Assembly (NCBI RefSeq): GCF_009914755.1
Contig: NC_060934.1
From: the human T2T-CHM13v2.0 reference genome, Homo sapiens
Reading direction: 5' to 3' (one strand)
Length of the DNA stretch: 64,000 nucleotides
Every line of letters starts with the position of its first letter. Within the stretch, counting starts at the first letter, position 1. The translations under genes were made by a program, and so were the position numbers. Below, piece by piece: positions 55,403 through 64,000 of the stretch. The notes under the pieces were generated by a model, which did no database searches, was not told the DNA's origin, and saw nothing but the letters and a program-made list of their open reading frames with translations.

Positions 55403-56709
55403 TTAGGAGAGAGAAGGCTCGAGGATATATGTCTCCAAGAATGGCTTTGGAGATTTGGATTTCATTTTAGCCAGCTGTCTTAGTGCATTGCCTGCATTAA
55501 GCATGAGTGGTTAAAATAGTACTCTCTTTAATGCATTCATAGATGGCATAGAGCAGTGGTCTAGGAATGGGGTGGGAGGCTGGGAAATGGAGAAAAGTTT
55601 TAGTTACGAGGCTGATAACAAAGTTTGGGAGAAAAGACTCATTTAATCACCTTTTCTCCCCCTAGCAAGATGTGATCTGTTATGCAAGGTAAGCCCTCTC
55701 TTCCATCTCCTCAATGAAATTCAGGTTACATTCTGCAGTGCTTACCAATGCTCTTGCATGCTTAAATTTTTTTTTTTTTGGAGTGAAATGTCAAAGAAGG
55801 TGACAAGGGACAGCCAATATTTGTATTACAGAAATAAAGAAAGTGGGAAACAAACTTTACTGATAGGAAGTCAGCTTCTTCCCACTTAGACTAAATCAAT
55901 GCCTTGCAGACGCTTTGGGAAGGGCTACTGGAGGAGCACAGTGCCTTGGCTTTGTCTAACTCTGCAGGACAGTGATCCCCAATGGATTCTCACACCCCTA
56001 ATTGGGAGCCATTGGAGCAGAGCATATTTCTCTTCTGACTTAACCATCTTAGAAGCTCCAGTGATTGATTTACTGACTCTGAGGACTCGTTGTCAATTTA
56101 GGCCCTGGTATTATCGAGCTTGGACTCGCACGTTAGCTTCTGTATTCATCAGTTTACACTGCACAAATAACCTTCAAACCTTAGTGGTTCGCAGCAATAA
56201 AGATCTATGTTTTGCTCATATAACTGGCCTTTGCAGGTCAGCTGCATCCCTCCTTTTTGTCCTCTTCTTTCCAGGCTGACTCTGTCAGGATGCCCTGGCC
56301 TCTGGACAAAGGGAAATGGTGAAACAGTGGACCCTCAGGGAGCTTCTGAGCCTCTGCTGACAAGGGAAGGGCACAGATCCTACCCACTCATATTCCACTG
56401 GCCAACCAAGTCACAGGGCTGTGCCGGACATCCTGGGCAGGAGTGTGGTCCTCCTTAGGGAGGGGCCCTGTAGGGTGAGGCAGCAAATATATTTGAACAT
56501 AAAATGTCATCTGTTGCAGCCTCCAGTTTCTTCTTCCTGATAAGCAATTTCTCTCCATTCCGAGGTGCCATCACACCACCATCAGAGCTAACTCTCAAAA
56601 ATTCCAGTGTGGTTTTATTATTACTCTGGATATAAACCTCTGTCACCTCTCCCTGGGGCAGGGCTTCCTAACACTTTTCATATCACAGCATATATAAAAA
56701 ATTACATGT

Positions 56710-57061
56710 TGATACGGTTTAGCTCTATGTCTCCACCCACATCTCATCTTGAATTGTAATCCCCATGTGTCGAGGGAGGGAGGTGATTGGATCATGGAGG
56801 AGTTTTCCCTAAGCTGTTCTCATGATGGTGAGTGAGTTCTCATGTGAACTGTTGGTTTTATAAGTGTTTAGAAGTTCCTCCTTCATTCTTTTCTTTCCTG
56901 GTGACTTGTGAAGAAGATGCCTGCTTCCCCATCCACCATGATTGTAAGTTTCCTGAGGCTTCCCCAGCCAGCGGAACTGGGAGTCAATTAAACCTCTTTT
57001 CTTTATGAATTACCCAGTCACAGGGAAGTTTTTTGTAGCAGTATGAAAATGGACTAATGCA
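56710..57061 (+). mobile_element. THE1/MST-family MaLR solo LTR
   Basis: TG...CA, 352 bp, perfect 5-bp TSD CATGT (56705-56709 / 57062-57066). Confidence 0.9.
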
Positions 57062-57901
57062 CATGTCAGTGGCACATGGGAATAAGGAGATGAAGCTGTT
57101 TGGGGCTGGAGGAACCAATCCAGGGATGCCAGCTGCCCAGGTCCCACCTGGCCATCCTGTGGGTATAGTAAAATCAGTATTTTAGCACACATCTGAAACC
57201 CATGAAAGGCACAGCAGTTGGGATACTCTGCATTAATGGGATAGAGTCCAACCTCTTTGTTCTCTGTGGAAAGTTCTGTCCTTTCTCTGCATGGCACATT
57301 CCTATTCACCCTTCGAGACCTAACTCAAATGCTCAGGTCAAGCTCCCTCTGGTTCCTTATGGGCAGAGCTTGTCACTTCGTACTTTTATGGATTTGTTAA
57401 TGTCTCTGGAATGATGATTATCAATCTATAGTGTAATTATTTATTTGCATATTTGTTTTATCCACTTTATAGTGAGCTTTTGGGGGCAAGGACTTTATTT
57501 CATTCATTTCTTTATTTCTAGCATCCTGGCACATGAGAGACACCAAAAAAGTATTTGTTAAACAAATGGATAGATGATAAGTGGTAAAAAGAATGCTGCC
57601 ACTGATTTTAATATACAATTGTATATATTTCTTGGCTTCCTTGTAAAAGAGAGATTCGGATACCAAGTTTTTTTGTTAACTGTTTTTCACAAGTTCTGAT
57701 ATTTAACCACACATAATGTCTTACCTAAATAATTTAAACACAAGTTCTTAAAATATTACTTATCACCTACAATTTTTCTGTGTCTTGCTTAACCCCTGAC
57801 AGCATGTATCAGTTGCTACGCAACTTGTGCATCTCTGGACTTCTTAAGGATATGTATGTCTCTTTGTCCTCTTCTCATATTTCTTTCTTTCTTTACTGTC
57901 C

Positions 57902-57902
<1 letters not shown>

Positions 57903-57932
<30 letters not shown>
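57903..57932. repeat. (CA)n microsatellite
   Basis: Direct reading. Confidence 0.95.
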
Positions 57933-57934
<2 letters not shown>

Positions 57935-59505
57935 ATTCTCACAAACGAAAAGCTCCCTTATGTGCATTCTATTTGTAGAGTATTGAGAAATAATATCAAA
58001 GGCTGGGGAAGATGTCATGAAACTGACATTTTCTTCTACTTCTAAAGTGAGTATACATTGTTCCAAGTTTATCTTTTTGACCCAGAATTTTCCTTTTTAA
58101 GAAAAAACTGAATCTAATGAAAAATAAGAAATGGAGAGATTTATATGAAAGAATATTTTTTCAAAACATAATTTATAATAATGAGAACTAGGAATCAGCC
58201 CCCCGAAAGGTTAAATAAATTGTGTTACATTTATTTGACATAGTATTATGTAGCTGTTAAAATCATGTGTTTGCAAATTATTTTTAAAGATGGGAACATG
58301 TTTCTAATATGAATCTGAGAAAGACAATGCAAAATTATTTGTAGAGTTTGTCTCCAGTTTTGTCTGTATGCATACAAAAAGGACTGGAGACATACCTAAT
58401 TTGGCTCCTCCAATATCACTAAAGAATATTAGAAATTGGGAGGTGGACTGGGACTTGGCATGTCACTGTGTTTCCAGCTGTAGATTTGAAAGTGGATCTG
58501 CCACCACCCTAGGGTACTAAGAATTGGGCAAAGGTAAACCCCTTCACCTTAGTAGCATTGTTCTTAGGTTGTGGTAAATCCTGTCTTGCTCAAGAACGAA
58601 TAAAGAAAAAAGCAGCCTAATGGAGCCTATGGGAAAACATGCCTGAGAACCAAAGAAAGAGAATGGCTTCTAGAAGCCCCACGGTAAAGGTCTGGCTCTG
58701 AAAATGCTTCTATGGCAAGAACTTTAGGTTGAACTCTTTGAAATAGCCTTTTTGTGGTAAGTAAGAAACAACTGACTATCAGCGATTTCATAAGGTTCTT
58801 AACCTAATAGAAGAAAATGCAGAGAAAAGGTTTGGCTTCCTTCAAAGATTGTAAGTACATAAAACCTGGTGCCAAGTTTCCCCTTGTGGGAGGAACAGTG
58901 TTTAGCAAAATACCTTGATATTTGCCTTGGTTTGAAAGGTGAGGCTCCATGAACCAGAGTGAAACAGTCATGTGAGAAAAGTAACAGGAAGTGGGAAAGG
59001 AGGAGTGGGTGGTGAGCAGGAAATAGGGAGTAGATAGGGAAGAATGGGAGAGGAGGGCACACAATGTCAGCATCAAGGCAGTAGGCTGGGTGCTGCTGGA
59101 AGTGAGGAGTTCCCTAAGACAGGAATGATGGAGGAATTGCAGAAAACAGTGATGTCCAATATTGGATTTTAAGTTCCTCAAACCTCCGGTGGCAAATCTG
59201 CTACATCAACCCTGCGTTGTGATTGCACTTTGGTGGCACAGGCATGGGGTGGTGAGGATGTGAGGTGACACATCCCAGAAAAAGGACAGTATGTGCAAGA
59301 GACAAGATGCACCTGAGAATCTAGAATGCTATGGCAACAGCAAACCAGAGCCACAGCAAGTAGAAGAAATGCAATTCTTCCAAGAATTCTTGGAGATATT
59401 AGAGGGTTTGGGGGCTTCCCAGCACATAGAATGGAAAGTCTAGACTTATTGTTGTTGTAAAGGACAAGGTGACCCCAGTAGAATACAGGACTATCACCTG
59501 AGTTA

Positions 59506-59895
<390 letters not shown>

Positions 59896-60153
59896 TCAAG
59901 GATGTAGTGGGAAAATATTTTCTGGAGATGAAGAAAGACCTGTACAGGCTGACCATGTTCCAGGCAAAATCAGTGACAGGAGACTCTCCGTAGACTTGCC
60001 CTAGAGGAAAGCCCTTTTGTGTGTGTGTTTCATCTACAATAATGAAGAAAAATTCTCTGAGAATTTAGGCAAGAAGAAAAAGCAGATAGATGCCTAGTTA
60101 CCCTTTTTTGTTTTAATAGGAAAATGAGTGGAAGGAACCATATTAACATATTA

Positions 60154-60582
<429 letters not shown>

Positions 60583-61289
60583 TTACTTTAGTATCCTGAT
60601 TTAAAAAATAAATAAACACTATTAATAACCTTGCCTTTCTTTCAGGGACCAAATAAAATTCCACCTTTCCCAAGAAGCTTTATTAAAAGTGATCTCTAAT
60701 TCCTCTGTACTTGGCTCCCCTCTGGCAGTTGAGGAGGCCCGTGTGCACGTAACTGTTACTTGTGTATGTCTGCCTCATTCTACACACTGGCTTCTTGGGG
60801 GCGAGTCTTATTCAATTTTGAGTTCTTCATATTGCTTATTTACTAAGTAAATACTCAAATATTTTTTGAACTAAGAATGAATGGAAAGCATAATTGGACA
60901 TCTGAGTTAACTAGTCAGAGGCTCACTTTTAAGTATCTGTATCAAGTTATTTTCTAACAATATATTTACTTGTGACTATGGGTCTGCCCTTCCTTTAAAT
61001 TCATGTGAAACATGTTACCATGATGGATGATTTTATCTGAATTATCATTGGCATTTTTAGCTGTGAGTGACTTCCAGACCTGGTCTCTTCTTCCTTCTGA
61101 GCTGCAAAACAGCATCAACATTTGCCTTCGTGTTCTTTCTTGCTTAGAGAAAGAAAAGTGAACTTGAAGATGCTAAACTTCTACATTATATTGTATTCAT
61201 TTAGCTTGGCATTTGCCAGTGAGGAAGAAGATCCCCTTTTGTGCCTGAACTGGATGGCTCAGAATCCCAAACCTTTTCCTATGTGTTTG

Positions 61290-61720
61290 TCTCCATCAAC
61301 ACTTGCAATAATAATAGTGCATGATAAATAGCCACAACATCTCCGTGGGATACAAAAACAAGCACTTATTTCTTATTCACACACCTGCAGTTGACAGAGG
61401 TTCAGCTGACCTAAACTGGGCTTGCCTGGACTTGGCTCTGGGATGTGGATTGGGCTCAGTTCTGGACCACATGTTTCTTATCCTCCACGTGCATGTTCTT
61501 CTCATGGGGGAAGGAAGGAGAACAAGAGACAAAGCCACGCATACAGGCACATGTCATGTCTCTCTACTTGTCTGATATTCTGACCTCCCATTGGCTATAG
61601 CGAGTCACATGGCCAAGGCTAACATCAACAGCAAGGGAAATGCACTTCTCTCTTTAGGTTGTGGGACAAGGGGAGAGAGTGAACATTTGTTAAACCGTAA
61701 GATAATCTACCCCAGGATTA
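61290..61720 (-). mobile_element. Old MLT1-type MaLR LTR
   Basis: aacaagcacttatttcttattcac...ccattggctatagcgagtcacatggccaaggctaacatcaa; degenerate. Confidence 0.55.
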
Positions 61721-64000
61721 CAGCAGTTTTTATCCTCATGATTTTCCTTTGCTGCACTCTAAATTTCACTATTCAGATAAATTGAGAGGCATGAGAAATG
61801 GCATGGTAAGTTGTGATCTACCATATTTCCTGCTTTCTGAACTTTTACATGTTCTAGATAAAACCACTCCTAGTAAATTATTAAATCTGCTGAACATTTT
61901 TCACATGATGCACTTGCCTCATTTTAGGATCTCCCTCTTTTTTCATTTCAAATATTAAACTTCTGGCAGTCACCTCGCAGACATTTTATATGCCAGAAAA
62001 CATTCTTTTGCAACAAATCCCTAACAACAAATTTCCTAGCTCTTTGCTCATTTGCCTATAACACTGTCAAGCAAAGCTCTTCAGGACAGAGATTCCAGGA
62101 AATGAATAATAATGTGCTTTCAAGGACTTAATGCAAGCAAAGAAACCAAAAATTGATTAAAGAAATATTGTCCACTAGATAGATATCTTCATAATGAAAT
62201 AAAGCTTCTGTTTCATTGATGTTAATTTGAATTTTATACAGAGCCTCTGTAATTGGGTAGAATCCTGGAGAGAGGAATCAAGGGAACACAAATTATAAGC
62301 TTTTTCTATCATAATAAAAGAAGCATGCTTCATATCATTACTTTTCCTGCAGAACAGGATTTGATTCGGAGGAAAATCAAATTAACTTTTTAAAGTACTA
62401 GTATTATGTAACGTGACGTAGTGTAAACTATCATAATAATTTGTTAGCATTTATTAAATGATTAAATTACTATATGCTAAGTACTTATATGCTGGCGTAG
62501 ACATATATTCTCTCACTTAAATCCTCATAATAGCCCTGTGAGATAGATATTATTATATCCCCCATTCATAATATAATATGTTATGCAATTGAATCAAAGC
62601 CATAGATATGCCTCTCTAAATTCAAGATAGAGGGTAAAATAACAAGGCAAGAAAAATAGGGAAGACTCAGCATTTCGCAAGCCAGGGCGCATAGTTGTTT
62701 TCTATTATTGCAGAGTGAGTTTTTCAGTTTCATTATGAAGGTAAAAGCATTGTCAGCATTCAAACCATTGACATCAAGTCAGAAAAACTTATTGGAGAAG
62801 TTTATTGTACTGATATTTCATCAAATGTACATTAAGGGGTTCCAAATGCAATGACCTACTTTCTAATCCCACCTTGGTCTATGTGATGTTTTGGCTATGC
62901 TGCAGTTTTCCTGTATGCGTTATTGATTTCTATCTCACTCTTATTTCTATTGGCAGGTTGTTTTAACGGCAACAGAAAAGGTAGGAGTAGGTTATAAACT
63001 GAGGCTGTACTTCTGTCGTGCACTGTAAGCATTTTCTGGACTCCCCTGAAGCCTAGGAGTGCCAGGAGCACCAATTCTCTGGCTGTAATAAAACTTTCTA
63101 TATTTGGATGTGATTTATCTCATGAGTTGGTTTGAGGTATCTCAAAGTGTATATTAATTAAGCTCCAGCCCCACAGCTGGCAGCCTGTGTCTCTGACATA
63201 CCACTTCTAATGGGGACAGCTTGCTGACAAGAGGTTTGGCTACTACTTAACACCCATATACTTTATGAATTTTCAGGATTTGAACTTCTGCATGACTTTG
63301 GCCTGAATGATTTCCATAAAAATAAACCGAGTCCCAACACTTAGAAATACATTGCTTGTAAATTGTCTTTTCTGCTCGTTTCAATATTTGTTAATTCCTT
63401 TTATCTTCTTGGTGTCCTGACGGGTTCTTATTACTCCAGCTTCAAGGATCCAGAAGCAAGTTTGTGACTTTTGTGCATGTTGTCTGCAGAAAGACAGACC
63501 ATGCTAGTTGGATGCTCAAAAAAGAAATGCCCCTGGCTACCTCCTTTCTCTGTGGCATTATTCTGCCTGTGCAAAGAATTATTCCTGTTCTAACATCTCT
63601 GAAAGTGACTGAACAAACAATTTTTTTCCTTTCTCTAACGTGCTGCTTGATATTCTGAATGCTGATGATGCTGTTCAAAGTATTTTCAATCTATTAAGCA
63701 TTAACCTTTCAGTCTTAGATTCTCCCATAACACTTGGTGCATATCTCAGTTTACTGGTTATATCCATTCCTTGATTATCCATTCTATGGTGAAGTCACAC
63801 CCTACAAGTGAACTTGAGGGTAGAGAATGTGTCTTATTCTTCTTTCTATCATGCGTGCTTTTACAGTGCCTGCCATAGATGGGTCCTCAGTACCTGTTCA
63901 TGGAGTGAATGAATAAATGGGGGAGTGAATGAATAAGTGAACAATACTGTACTCTGTTCACTTTATGAAACTAACAGAAACCTTGAGATTAAAAAAGAAC

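Overview
Primate (almost certainly human) genomic DNA. I recognise the locus as ITPRIP / CFAP58-DT / CFAP58 (human 10q25.1). The right two-thirds hold the promoter and first nine coding exons of CFAP58 (CCDC147), a cilia/flagella coiled-coil gene, on the + strand. These exons splice in frame through GT-AG junctions into 455 codons (MAE-EKGGKQVLEES...INQASDLTQK), and the gene continues past the window end. The left ~12.6 kb is the non-coding 5' end (CpG-island promoter, first exon, intron) of a minus-strand gene, assigned to ITPRIP by recalled synteny only, since its coding exon is not in the window. The rest is interspersed repeat (Alu, MIR, L2, old L1, MaLR and MER4 LTRs, MER DNA transposons) and microsatellite, and most ORFs in the supplied track are repeat artefacts. 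I see no new protein-coding system. The most unusual signal is a cluster of short, non-tandem local duplications in the 5' part of CFAP58, two of them with fold-back hairpins at the junction, suggesting templated-insertion repair scars. Other points: a promoter module duplicated into intron 1, an LTR nested in an Alu, and an Alu-flanked 501-nt exon block that would form a stop-free circle. Repeat subfamily names are by eye and repeat boundaries are approximate unless a target-site duplication (TSD) is quoted.
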